The notes below the pieces were generated by a model that made no database searches, had not been told where the DNA came from, and saw only the letters and a list, made by a program, of their open reading frames with translations. Both the position numbers and the translations under genes were made by a program. Positions 26,187-55,679 of a DNA stretch of 64,000 nt are shown here, piece after piece. The DNA is taken from assembly GCF_009914755.1 (NCBI RefSeq), contig NC_060943.1. One strand, 5' to 3'. The DNA is from the human T2T-CHM13v2.0 reference genome, Homo sapiens. Each line of letters begins with the position of its first letter. The stretch's first letter is position 1.

Positions 26187-29162
26187 CTAGAGGGAGAGGG
26201 GTCAGGGTTAGATGGGGAACCCGTGGGTGCCCAGTATAGGATGGCATGGATGGAAAGGAATTTCTGCCTCGGTGTGAGTTCCCGTTCTCCTCTATATGTA
26301 GTAGCTAAGACCTCCCTTCAGTTTGGTGAGAAGGCTGATCCTCCTTTCCCTGTCCCCACTCTCTCTCCCATATCTTCTGCTTCTTCCCTTACCCCCAAGC
26401 TCCATACCCTCCTAATGCCCACACCTCTTACCTTAGGAAAGGCATCCCAGTTGAGGAAAGGAAGTTTCCTTTTGATAGACTAAAAGAAAGAAAGAGAAAG
26501 AGAGTGATGTGTTGCAGGTCAGCCGGGCATGGATGGGTAAGCATTCCCTTAATGAACTCCCACAGTAACCATAGTAACAATAATGTCATTATTTTGTCAT
26601 TACTTTATCAAGAGCTAATATTTCCTGAGGCCTTAGTCTGTGTCTGCCTTGCACGGGCTGCTCTACAAGCATGATTTCAGTGGGTTTTTACAGCAACCTT
26701 TTGTGGTGGGAATTGTCATCATCCCCACATCACAGAGGAAGCGGAGGCCGAGGGAGCTGAAGGCGTTCGCATGAGGCCATGTGAGAAGTCAGTGCAGAGT
26801 CAGGAGACGCGGGCCCCAGCTCTGTCGCTGACTTTGCCTTCTAAGTGCGGGTGGGCCTCAGTTTTTCCATAGAGGATGAGGGGATTCAAATAAAATCTTG
26901 ACCGATTAGCCTCTTCCTCTTCTGCAATTGTCCTTGGGGCCCTGCTCCTCCACCACCATCTTAGGAAAACACGGGTAGCCAGGACTGGCGCCGGGGGAAG
27001 CTTTCTTCCGTTGACAGCCCATTGGGCAGCATCCAGGCAGGACAGTCACTCCCTCCCAGAGATCAGGAACCAACCCATACATTTAAAGCCAAAATGTGTG
27101 GCCACTACCCTGGGATGACTGCAGACAACCGAGGAGGGCAAGGGGCGCCGGAGCACTCACCTCAAAGAGGGCGTGCCAGTTCAGGAACTCATCAGCCTTA
27201 AACGCCTGAGGAGGAAGAGAGACAGCAGAAGCAGGTCAGCTCCAGGGGAGGCCAGAGCTTAGCCCCCAGCCCTCTGGAGAAGGTGAAGGAACCGTGGCAG
27301 CTTTGCAAGCTCTCTACCAAGGCGTTTATCCCCTCTGTGATGAGGGTATTCGTGGGGGTAGCACCAGAGAAGCGTACTCACAGATCGCAATTTGTCGATG
27401 TTCAGGAACGGGGTGTTAAAGGCCTAGGCAGAAACGCAGGGTGTTAGGAAAGTTGCTAAGAAGCAAAAAGAGAGAGAGGACAGACTCGTGGCTGGAGGGC
27501 CGGGGAAAACAGACGGCTTACCTCGGGTCGTGACGCATAATTCTCAATGGTGCTTTCTTCCTGGAAAAGGAGAGGGAGAAAAGGCGGCAGGGGGTCACGT
27601 GATGCCAGGGCCCTTGCCCACATCCCTGTCTGCCAGCTCTGCCTTCATCCACAGCCCAGTCCCCGAAAGAACGCAACCCATTCCCCACCATGGTCTCCGT
27701 TCCAGTCGCGCACATGGTTGGCGGATGTGCAGGGTGAGGAGGGGGAATTGGAGAATGGTACATGTAAGCAGTGTCACCATGGGCAGCAGGCAGAAAGCCT
27801 GGAGCCGAGCATTCCTCTCCGGAAAAGCTAGCTAGTGCTGTCCTGCAGTTGACTTAAGTCTAAGAGGTGGGGTGTTCTGGAGACACCCACGCTCAGTCCG
27901 TATAGCTGGATGGGAAAGATTTGCGAGCAGGTGGGAGCCCAGCTGCTGAGGTGACCCGCCTGCCTCTCACTGATCGAGGTTGCTTTGCTTTGTGGATTTA
28001 TTGCCACCACTGTTGGAGGTTCCATAATCCCCCTCCATGGGGACCCCACCCCAGGCCTCAGTGTGTCCCATCGTGTCTTCCCCATGACAGAGCCCAACAC
28101 GGAGCCCGCAGGCTGGATCCAGATGCTTAGATCTCATAAAAATTTGGTCATTTGTTTTTTGGTTTGAATTAGACATTTTGAATTAGTAAGAATTCATAAA
28201 TTCATCCAGATTTCTAGTTTCCCCTGAAAAATGTAAAACTCTAGGCACATCTTCCCAATCCATGGCGTCAGGTGGGGTGAAAGCTGCCCTTTCAGACTGG
28301 GAAAGTTGGCCCCATTTCACCTCAGGCCCTGACAGCCCCCCCAGCTCAGTGACACCACTGGCTTGGTCCTTAGCAGCTGAGCCTGTGCCCCTGTCTTAGA
28401 CTTTTAAATCCGGAATAGGCATCAGGATTCCTCTCTGGCTGAGGACTGGATGGTAAAGATTCTCACTGTGGCCTATGCTCCAGAGACAGCAGGGAGCCAC
28501 CCGTCACCTGGGCACCACTCCCAGGGGCACAAATGAAGCAAAGAGGAGCTAAGCAGGGGTGTCTCCAGAACACCCCAGCCCCACTCCTCTTTGAGTTAAG
28601 TCAGCTGCAGGCAGAACTAGCTAGTTTTTTGCTTTGCTTCACCCTCTCCACCTGCTGCCCATGTGGATGCAGGCCTGGGTTTGGAGCTGCTCTGCCTCAC
28701 ATTGCCGTTCTCCAGTTCCCCCTCTTCCCCTGCACGTCCCCAGGCATGTGTGCAGCTGGAACGGAATGGGTGAACACTCTTGAGAGCCCATGGTGGAGAT
28801 AGTCTGAACCCAGACCACCCACTCAGTCCCAAGGTTCAGTACACGAGCCTCCCCAACACACTTCACCATCCCTTCCAGAAAGAGGAGCATCTCTGTCCCA
28901 AATGTCTCCCCAGGGATGCTCTGTTCCCTCCTCCCTTCCTCAGAGCCCCAGTTTCTTCAGCCCCCATCAGAATCCAAAACTAAGAGCCACTTATCCAGGA
29001 ATGGACAGGAGGTAGAGAGATGGAGGGGTAGGTGGGTAACACGTATAAGAATAAAAATGCAGGTGACGTGCTCACCTCAGGACCACCCAGGGTGGCTCCC
29101 TGGGCAGAGTGGAGCACCAGGAGGGAGAGGAGCACCACGGCAGGAAGGACCGGGATCTTCAT
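26148..29162 (-). CDS. KRTDAP: Keratinocyte differentiation-associated protein, 99 aa secreted peptide, 6 coding exons
   Basis: Exons 29076-29162, 27522-27560, 27382-27423, 27161-27205, 26432-26479 and 26148-26186 all have canonical AG/GT sites and are phase 0. Spliced product: MKIPVLPAVVLLSLLVLHSAQGATLGGPE/EESTIENYASRPE/AFNTPFLNIDKLRS/AFKADEFLNWHALFE/SIKRKLPFLNWDAFPK/LKGLRSATPDAQ*. Confidence 0.98.
26432..26479 (-). CDS. KRTDAP: KRTDAP exon 5 (48 nt)
   Basis: tag|SIKRKLPFLNWDAFPK|gtaaga. Confidence 0.96.
27161..27205 (-). CDS. KRTDAP: KRTDAP exon 4 (45 nt)
   Basis: cag|AFKADEFLNWHALFE|gtgagt. Confidence 0.96.
27382..27423 (-). CDS. KRTDAP: KRTDAP exon 3 (42 nt)
   Basis: tag|AFNTPFLNIDKLRS|gtgagt. 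Confidence 0.96.
27522..27560 (-). CDS. KRTDAP: KRTDAP exon 2 (39 nt)
   Basis: cag|EESTIENYASRPE|gtaagc. Confidence 0.96.
29076..29162 (-). CDS. KRTDAP: KRTDAP exon 1 (signal peptide)
   Basis: ATG at 29162, 29 codons, donor GTGAGC. Confidence 0.97.
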
Positions 29163-29208
29163 GGCGTCAAGTTTGGGGTGCTCTGAGGCGGGGCCTCAGT
29201 GCTTGCTC

Positions 29209-29698
<490 letters not shown>

Positions 29699-32600
29699 TA
29701 GCTAACTTTTTTATTTTCTTGTAGAGATGTTGCAGCTTTTTTTTTTTTTAATTTTCTCGTAGAGATGAAAATGTCTCGCCATGTTGCCCAAGCTGGCCTC
29801 AAACTCCTGGACTCAAGGGGTCCGCCTGCCTTGACCTCCCAAAGGACTATAGGTGTGAGCCTGCGCTCCATGCTCATTCAGGCCTTTTCTTCCACCCTAC
29901 CAAAATCTATGTAAACTCTTTAGCTTGGCATTGAAGGTGGTCCATGCTCTGAACTCAACCCACCTTTATAACTTCTTCCTTTACTAGCTTTGTACATACC
30001 TCACATTCTGGCCAAATTAGACCCCTTACCAACTATATCCTTCTTTTTCCCTCTTCAAAGCATCCGGCCATGCTGTTCCTTATTCCTAACATGGCCTTCT
30101 CTCATCTCCAGTTCTCAGAACCCAACACTCATCTTGGATGAAGCTTCCCAGATTTTTCCTGCAATGCCCAGTCCTTCTCTCCACACCTTTCCTTTCACAG
30201 AATTCCCATATTCATTCGTTTGTATGTCTCTGGCATTGTATCTAAGTAAGTCATGTTCTCGCCTTGTTTCCCTTTTAGAGTATCAAGTTCCTTGAGGTCA
30301 GGAGCTGTATCTTGATCAGCTTTACATCCCCCTAGAACCATGGCTCACACAGAACCCAGGTAGAGTCAGCATTGGTCAGATATGATACGTTAGACTTAGT
30401 ATTCAGGCATCCTTCAGCCACAGTGTACATTTTCCTTTCATGGGGCTGAACCTTTCCATTTTCCAACTGCCCGTCTTTTACTCTTGGGTCTTCAGAGAAA
30501 TGACTGTCTTGAGCTAAGATGACAAGGAACAGGGAACAAAAAACAGCTCTTAGGGTGCCCAGTTGGAGATGGGATCCAGGTACCCTGAACCTGGAGTGCC
30601 CACTCCATGTCATTGCCCTAACCCACCTTGCCCCACCCCCAGTTTGGAAGTTGGATCACCTCACTGTGACACAATGTCCTAGTCAAGCAGCCTTCTCCAC
30701 AGTGAGGTTCAGGTGGCCAAACCGGCTCCTGCTGTAACAGGGAGGGGCTGGGACATGGACCGGCGCTGTCAGGGAAAAGCAAGACCTTATCAACACAACC
30801 TGATGCAATGCACGGTGGCGGTGGCCCTGGGTGGGAGGGCTGGACGGCATCCATGAACAACCTTTACGAACCCCAGAAGCTGGGCACCTCAGCTCCATCC
30901 TCACGCTGCCCCCACACCCCAGTCCCAGACATCCTCTTCAGCCTCCTCTGATTTTATAATGGCAGCTTCCCCTTTGCAGAGCTACCTGAGGGAACACTGC
31001 TTAGAGAACACTCCCTTAGCCCAGATGGCCACACAGTAGTGGATGTCACAGAGTTGGTGCTCCTGGAGGGGACGAGTTAGAGAATGACTGAGGTGGGTGG
31101 AGCACCTCCCAAAAGGTTTTCTGGAGGACACAAGTTCTGTGTAATGAATCCTTGCTAATTAACGAACAGTGACTGAAAAAGCTCATTAGCCACCATTCCA
31201 TCCGCATAGGGTCGACTCCAGGGAGTGAAGAATCAGACAAAAGAGAACTGATGTTGTATAACCAGCTACGATTTGACAGGCGGGTGAGGGGACCCAGTGC
31301 CAGTTTTGGCCTGGGTGATCTAGAGCATCGGTCAATCCAACGCTGTCTTCTGTTTTGCTCTAGAGTCTAATCTGTGATTTTCCTTTGACAATAAATTGCC
31401 CTCCCTATGTTTTCCTCTCCACCCGATGGTATTGATAACAATGTTAGCTGAGTTACTGAGGCTTACTATATGGCAGACCTTGTACTAAGTGCTCCAAATA
31501 CGCGATCTCATTGAAATGTCCCAGTGATTCTGACACAGGTGGGTACTATAATTATTCACATTCTATAGGCGGGGGAACCACAGCATATAGAGGTTAAATA
31601 ACTCACCCCAGGTCACACAGCCAGAATGTGACAGGACCAGCATTAGAACGCTGGGCTTCCAGAGCCTGAACCTATATTGCTCCTCTCTATGCTGGACAGG
31701 CTATGTTACAGCACATGTAACACCCTGTGTGAATTAGACCCATGTCCTGAGAGTGGGGGGCAGACTGCATCGAACCCCCACAGGTCCCCTTTACAGTGTC
31801 CATTGTGGTGCATAGCCTGCACCATCAGAGGTGGCAGCCCCAAGCATAGGTGCATTCATTTAAATGAATCAAACTGCACACTCTTGACAAAATGAAAACG
31901 AAGAATGAAGGTTAGTGGCATCAGCCCCCGAATGAACCTGTGATTGCCTCCGTTTCCAGATGCCTCCAGTAGTATAATCATCTTGCCACACCAAGTATGT
32001 GTTTACAGATAGGGTTCCGTTTCTGGATCTAGTGTTCAACATTCTGCTGTTTAAAAATAGGTACTTTTTGTATCATACCTCTAAACACAGGCCAACTGCT
32101 TTGTGTGCTCAACCAAAGAAATTCTCTTCCTATGCTGGAAAAAAAGCTGTCTGTGTTGGACTCATGATTTGTTTCCACTTGGCATCTTCCTGGCACCTTC
32201 TGAGGGTAGTTTTTTGGGGTTTTGTTTGTTTGTTGTTTTTTGTTTTTGAGACAGAGTCTTGCTCTGTTGCCCAGGCTAGAGTGCAGTGGTATGATCTCGG
32301 CTCACTGCAACCTCCACCTCCCAGGAGGAGTGATTCTCCTGTCTCAGTCTCCCGAGTAGCTGGGATGACAGGCGTGCGCCGCCACACCCAGCTAATTTTT
32401 GTATTTTTAGCAGAGACGGGGTTTCACCATGTTGGCCAGGATCGTCTCAAATTCCTGACCTCAAGTGATCTGCCTCGGCCTCCCAAAGTGCTGGGATCAC
32501 AGGAGTGAGCCACGGCGCCCAGCTAGTTCCATCTTGACGTGATTTTTGCTGTAAGCGCCAACTTTAGAAGCCAGTGTCTCTCTCCAAACTCCTCCCTCTT

Positions 32601-35105
32601 CCTCCATCTACGCTGCCTGAGTAGTTTGTGTTCCCTGAGTTGGGTTGGGCAGATGGGGAAAGAGAGGGGCAGGGAGTTCTCCCTGGGAGAGGGTCCCAGC
32701 AGTTCAGGTGATGGGCTGCAGGAAAATCTGCCCGATACGCAGCTCAGCTTTGGATGAATCACGGAGGGTTAATGGAGTCAGGCAGCCGCAGAGACTGGCT
32801 CTGCAACATCACATCTCCAGGTCGGCTTGACTTCCTAGCTCCCTCACTGAGAATACCAGTAAACCTCTGTTTTCCCACAGGCCTGCCCCCACCCCACCCC
32901 AAATCTGCCAGAACTTGAGTGTGGGTAGGAGGCGAGGCCCAGCCTGGATTGCCCCATTGTGAGACACACCTAGGGCCTGGCAGCCAGCCTCCTGGGTCTA
33001 GGGAGGGAGTGGGGATTCCAAGAGAGAGACACTAGGTTTTCGGGGCCTTGGCGAACACTAGGTGGGAAGCCGGGAATCCTGGGAGAGAGAGGGGACTGGG
33101 ATGTGGAGTATTAGGGGGCAGAACTCAGGGCATCCCTGTCCCATCCCTTCCTCCCTCCGTCGGTGTTGTCACAACCAAGAAAGCAGCCTCATCCACCAGC
33201 AGGTGTGGTTTCTTCCTTTGCCGCCCACCCTATGTGCCCGGTGCTTAAACCTCTCCCAGGAAGTCTTCCTGGATTGGTCCCACTTAATTCCAATCCCTCT
33301 CTCCATTGGCTAATTTGTAAATATTTATTTGGCTCTTGGTACTGGGGGCTGTAGATGGACAAAAGACCTGCCCTACAGATCCCATGTCCTAGCGAAGGAG
33401 ACATCATAATGTAACCAAAAATAGATACGCAAACAAGATGACTTCAGAGAAGGACAGGTGCTGCGAAGAAAACGGGGCCATATGATGCTGACAGGGTTTC
33501 CTTGGTCGATGGCCTGAGGGCCGAGTGCGGTGGCTCGCACCTGTAGTCCCAGCACTTTAGGGGGCTGAGGCAGGAGGATCACTCAAGCCCAGGAGTTCCA
33601 GACCAGCCTGGGCAACATGGCAAGACCCCGTCTCTATTAAAATACAAATTTTAAAAGGTGGCCCAGGGAGGGACATTTGAAATTAGTCCTAAAAGCAGAT
33701 GAAGCTCTGGCTTTCTGAAGACCTTGGTAACAGCCGCCCATGTTCCCTGATGGCCTGTGCCAGTAGGCCCAGAGGGACGTTAGAGAGGGAGGCCAGGCCC
33801 ATCGCATAGAGCCGTAGTGAGGAATGGGGATTTTATTCCAGGGCTAATGAGAAGCTGGTGGTAGGTTCCGAGCAGGGGCTCCTTCTAGGGCGTTGTGGAA
33901 GAACGGGATCTAAAGAATAAGATGGAAGTTGGGGATTCAGGAGGTCACTGGAGGAGCCCTGAAGGGAGAAAGGGGTACCCACCCTTCACTGGAGGGCCCC
34001 TCATGCCAGGGGACCTTAGCCTGCCTCGGGTGTCACTCTAAGCTTTCAAGAGCCGCTTTCAGCTCTTTGGGCCAAGAACATCTCACGAGCCAAGAACCGT
34101 GTTGCTCACCTCCGCGTCTCCCCCGGTGCCTCAGTGACTGGGCTGAGGAGACTTCAGCTCCCCACGGGTTTCCACCCCCACCCACGCTCCGGGAAGCTCT
34201 CTGTGCAGCGAGGACGGAGCGTCCTCCCTGGGAGGGCCCCGCGCTCTCCCCCCTGTGGCCTCTAGGAGGTACTGCAAGGCCCTCCTATGGCGTTGAACTC
34301 CGGAGGACAAGTGCAAACCAGCATCAGGATTTCAGGACCCAGGAGAGAAGGGAGGCCAAGCAGAGGAGCGGCCCTCCCAGGCAGGCCGACTGGGTCAGCT
34401 CGGTCTCCTCAAGTCAGTTTTGGGCCGGGTTTCTTTCACGTATACATGCACTGTTTGAGGCCCTGTGCCTGTCCTGTGGGTGGAGAGTGACCTAGGCAGA
34501 TGGGGGCCATGCCCTCAGGGAACTCAAACCTGGAGGGAGTCACTTAGGCTGGCAGGGCGCCTCCTGTCCACCTTTTACTTCCTGTCCCCTGCAGGGATGC
34601 CAGGGGGACAAAGGGGTGGGGGATCCTTAATCCGGGCATGTTGGACCAGCTTGGTGGGACTTAGGGGCTCCTACTGCAGACCCCCAGCCCAGTCCCAAGG
34701 GCTCTTCAGCGTGGGATAAGCCTGGCTCAGCCTGCGCCGCAGCCTCTCCTGTTTCATTGGTACAGTGATGGGGTGGAAGTGTTCTGCCTCCCTCCCTCTG
34801 CATCCTGGAAACACAGGGCAGTCAGTGCCCGTGATAAGGCCCTGGGTTAGATCCAGTGCCCCCAACTTCCTAAGCGCGTCTCCCCAACCACGCCCCCATC
34901 CCCACGGCAGCCTGTCCATGTGGAGAAGCACAGTCTCTATCAGCACCTCGCTCCTGTTTCCTGCCCTCTCCCTGACCTTCTGGGACTGACCTCCCGTTTT
35001 GAACAACCTCTTTCCCCCTGCTCCTGACTTGAATATTTCCATTGTCGCTTTTTCAGGCCAACAAAACACCTGTGGCTGCTTCAAGTGCAAAAAGAACAGT
35101 ACTCA

Positions 35106-35707
<602 letters not shown>

Positions 35708-35939
35708 AATGGTATTCAGATATAGGTTGGGCAATGATTTTTTTTTTAACAGATGAGGAAACTGAGGCACAATGCAGGCTTCTTGTCAGAAATAAAACCC
35801 AGGTCTCATCTCTCTCAGCCTCTGTGCTTTATACCAGTTTCAGGCAGAAGGCAGATTAGCTGCCCCTGAATCACTCTTCCATCCTCCCTGAGCCAGGCCA
35901 TCAACATAGCATTAAAGAATAAAATTTGAGAAAGTCGTA

Positions 35940-36256
35940 GGGAAACAAGATTCATGTTTTATTTCCACAGAGAAACTCAAAAGTAGGAAGCTCCTCCTTC
36001 CTGGAGAACTGTCACAGTGACTTCAGGTCACCAAAGGGAGGAGGTACAGAAAGATGCTGGTGTATGTGACGAGGCTGGTGGCCACTGAAGCACCACAGTG
36101 CAGTGGGAAGAAACAAGGAGAGACAAGCTGGGTCCCCAGCCTAGGAAACAGAGGTGTGGCAGCCGGGCCAGGGCTGGCACAGGCTGGGGGCCAAGGGGAG
36201 GAGCTCCCTGACGACCAGTGCTTTTCGGGGCCTCGGTGGTGGTTGCAAGAAATTGC
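35940..36256 (-). other. DMKN: DMKN terminal 3'UTR exon
   Basis: Pyrimidine tract and TAG acceptor at 36257-36259; AATAAA at 35958-35963. Confidence 0.85.
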
Positions 36257-37433
36257 CTAGAAGAAAGAAAATCAAATGGTAGCACGTGGCCACTCCTAAG
36301 CCTGCGGAAACGGGGCATCTTTTCACCCAGCGTCTGGGCACCCACCATTCTTTTGCTGTCCTACCTGTTCGCCTGTGGTGCCCCTCACTTTTGCTCCGCC
36401 TAAAACAGAGTTTGTGGTTCTGCCGAGCCAAGCTATCACCTCTCGCCCATGCAGCCTCGCTGCGTCCCACCTCTGAACCCTTCCACCAGGAGGCTCTTTT
36501 CTCCACAGTTCCCCTGTAACATCTCTATCCCGGTCCCTGTGCTCCATCTAGAACACCATCTTCTCAGAGCTGTGCCTATGTGGTCCCACCCTAAGGTGCT
36601 TTCCGAGGGTCCTAGGTCATTTTCTTTCTTCTTTCTCTCTTGCTTGCTTTCTTTCCCTCTTTCTCTCTCTCTCTCTTTCTCTCTTTCTTTCCAGACAGGG
36701 TCTCCCTCTGTTGCCCAGACTTGGAGTGCAATGGTGTGATCATAGCTCACTGCAGTTTTGAACTCCTGGGCTCAAGCGATCTTCCTGCCTCTGCCTTCCA
36801 AGTAGCTAGAACTACAGGCATGTGTCACCATGCCTGGCTAAGGTTTTTCATTTGTTTGTTTGTTTGTTTTGAGACAAGGTCTCACTGTGATTGCCCAGGC
36901 TGGAGTGCAGCGGTGCAATCGCAGTTCGCAGCAGCCTCAACCTCCCAAGCTCAGGTGATTCTCCCACCTCAGCCTCCAGAGTAGCTGGGATTACAATCAT
37001 GCACCACCTCACCTGGCTAATTTTTTGTATTTTTAGTAGACGGGGTTTTGCCATGTTTCCCAGGCTGGAATGGTTTGTTTTGTTTTGGTTTGTTTTGTTT
37101 TGTTCTTTTAGAGATGGGGTCTTGCTATATTGCCCAGTCTGGTCTCAAACTCCCAGACTCAAGTGATCCTCCCACCCCAGCCTCCCAAAGCACAGAGATT
37201 ACAGGCATGAGCCACTGCACCCAGCCCTAGATCACTTTATTATGGGTCTTTCTCCACACCCCACCATGAGGTCCCCTCTTCCTTATCACCTTTAGAGCAC
37301 GCACCCAGAGCATACCTGACTTCATGTCGCTGCCCACTGAGATCTGAGGATATACCAAGATCCTGGCCCTGCCCCGGGTGACTGTGCCTCCACTGCCAGG
37401 ATGTGGCCTGGGTCGGCTCACTCTGACACTCAC

Positions 37434-52192
<14,759 letters not shown>

Positions 52193-52391
52193 CTCTGCCC
52201 AGCCCCCTCTCTCTCCAGAGTGTCTTCCTCCCACCAGGGTCTCCTCCTTGCCGCCCTTGCTCTGCGTCTCTGTGCCCTCCTCTGTCCTCCTCCTTCCGAC
52301 TCCCTGTCCTCCCTCCCTCTGGGTCTGCAGCCTTCTCTCTCCTGTCCTCAACTGCCTGGGCTTCTCAGAGTCCACCTCCCTGTCACTACTC

Positions 52392-52475
52392 CTTATACTC
52401 TAGGTTGGGAGAAGGTGACAGGGCTGGGCAACCTGAGGTCCCTCCCCGCAGTGACTCAGGGCCCAGCCACCAATA
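52392..52475 (-). promoter_or_regulatory. DMKN: DMKN main promoter
   Basis: TATAAG 52392-52397, AP-1 52452-52458, CCAAT near 52470. Confidence 0.7.
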
Positions 52476-53762
52476 GGGTAATCAGCTGTTATTGTGAGTC
52501 TGAGAGTCTCTGTCGAAACAGAGAGTGAGCCGCATCAGGGAGGGAGGGAGAAATGGATGAGGTGATGCAAAAGTGCTCCCATTTCCCAACCCCAGGCATT
52601 CGGGGAGCTGGGTGGGGGCAGGGGCATCTAAGGAGACAGGTTGTCGTTGGCTCCTGGAGGCGGTGGGGTGGGGGCAGACTTAGAAGAGAGGAGTTACTGG
52701 CAGGACCCCACCAAAGGAGTAAGGACAGGGAAGCCCCAGGGGACAGGACCCACCCAGGCTCAGCCAGCCTGGCTCAGGGGCTCCAGAGTGACAGGCATTG
52801 CCCGTCCTCGGCCTGGCCTTTCTCGGTTTCAGCACCTCAGCCTCTCCTCTCCCTCTCCCCTCCCGCATTGCCACCTACAGGTGACTGCCTTCTTGTTCCT
52901 CCACACCTTCCAGCCCACAGAGAGAGACTGGCAAACACGGGGCTGCGTGTCAGTTTCTGAGATTCTGGGGAGAGCCCCCGGGGGGACCCTCGGTGTCGGG
53001 GAAGGAGGTGGCCATAGCCCTTTGAGTGGTCAGCAGGGTGTCTCAGCGTTCAGGCTGCTCCCGGCTGAGAAAGCTGGGCGTGGAGCAGGGCAGCCAGGCG
53101 CGCCAGCCACCCCCAGGGAACGAGTGGGAGGGAAGGCCAAGGGAGGGAGCCGCTGACCCAGGCACCCATCCTGTTTACGCAGCCCTAGAGGGGCACGTGT
53201 GAGTATAAGCGCCTATGAGGGGCGGGACTGGGCCAGCTCACCCCACCCATCCCCCAGGCCAGGGGCCAGGGCAGCAATGGCAAGCGAGAAGAGGGTAGCG
53301 CAAGGTCAGGAGCCATCCGTGAGAGCCACGGCCCTCTCCCCAGTCCCAGCTCGGGATACAGAACCTGGGAGCCTCCCCCCGCCTCACCCCTGCCCAGCAA
53401 GTGTGGCTGCTTCTCTATTCCCAGGGGCCACAGGGCCTCCCACTGTTTCGTATCACTGGGGTTCATCGCCCAGTTAGGAGGGGCCAGTTTCCATCAGCCT
53501 TTCTCAATGTCTCTCAGTCAGTCTCTCTCTTCTCTCCACCCCAATATCCGCACCCCAGCTTATAACATCCAACACTTCTTACCTTGTAAACACTATCCCC
53601 ATCTGTCCTCCTCAGCTCCTACTTCCCTGTTATTCCATCTCTGACTCGTTAATGATGATAATAGCGATGGTGGTAATAATAATAATAATAATAATAATTA
53701 CAGCTCCAGCTTATCAGCGGTTCTGTATGTACCCAGCATTGGACTAAGCACAAGCAGTTTAA

Positions 53763-54113
<351 letters not shown>

Positions 54114-54310
54114 TAATTTTTGTGTTTTTAGTAGAGACAGGGTTTCACCATGTTGGCCAGGCTGGTCGTGAACTCCTGACCTCGTGATCTGCCTGCCTCG
54201 GCCTCCCAAAGTGCTGGGATTACAGGCGTGAGCCACCGCACCTAGCCTCCAGCTAATTTTTTAATTTTTATTTTTGTGGAGATGAGATCTTGTTGTGTTG
54301 CCCAGGCTGA

Positions 54311-54766
<456 letters not shown>

Positions 54767-55448
54767 TAGCAAGTATGAAAGAGGTGTTCTGACTCACCAG
54801 CACAGCTGGACATGGGGTCTTTCTCAAAGGTAGGTCCAGGCCTCAAGAAAATAACACTAATAATAAATTTTTTCAAAAACTAAAATGAAGTCTTTCTCTT
54901 TAACATAGTCAGAGAGCTTAAAAGAAAATTGAGAAGAAAGTAAGTTTCTCCCTGTGTGATTCAGTTATTCAAAGCCGTGTCCATGGATCACCTCAATTCT
55001 CCCATGCCACCAACAGGCCTGTGTTCTACCTGCTAGGAAAAAATTGCCCCTCAGACATCGCTGGGCCTGAGGAGCCACCTTAGATCAGCCCTAGGGCATC
55101 CTTATTAAATAACTAGTGTGAACCAAATAAAATATTAGGTGCTTTCACATACATGATCTCATTGAATCCTCAATATGACCACAAGAGGTTAATATTATTC
55201 CCATTATACAGATGAGGTAACTGAGGCCCAAGTGGCTCAGCATCACACACAAAATCATATGTGAAAAGACTGTGGTAAAATAGAGTTGTCAAAACTTGAG
55301 CCAGGCACTTTGGGAGGCTAAGGCAGGTGGATCATCTGAGGTCAGGAGTTCAAGACCAGTCTGGCCAACATGGTGAAAACCCCCTCTCTACTAAAAATAC
55401 AAAAATTAGCCGAACGTGGTGACAGGCACCTATAATCCCAGCTACTCA

Positions 55449-55679
<231 letters not shown>

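Noticed and set aside
30300-33400. Search for an additional FLNW-module gene between KRTDAP and DMKN
   Set aside because: Found no signal-peptide exon or donor-anchored module by eye; a profile search could still find decayed copies.
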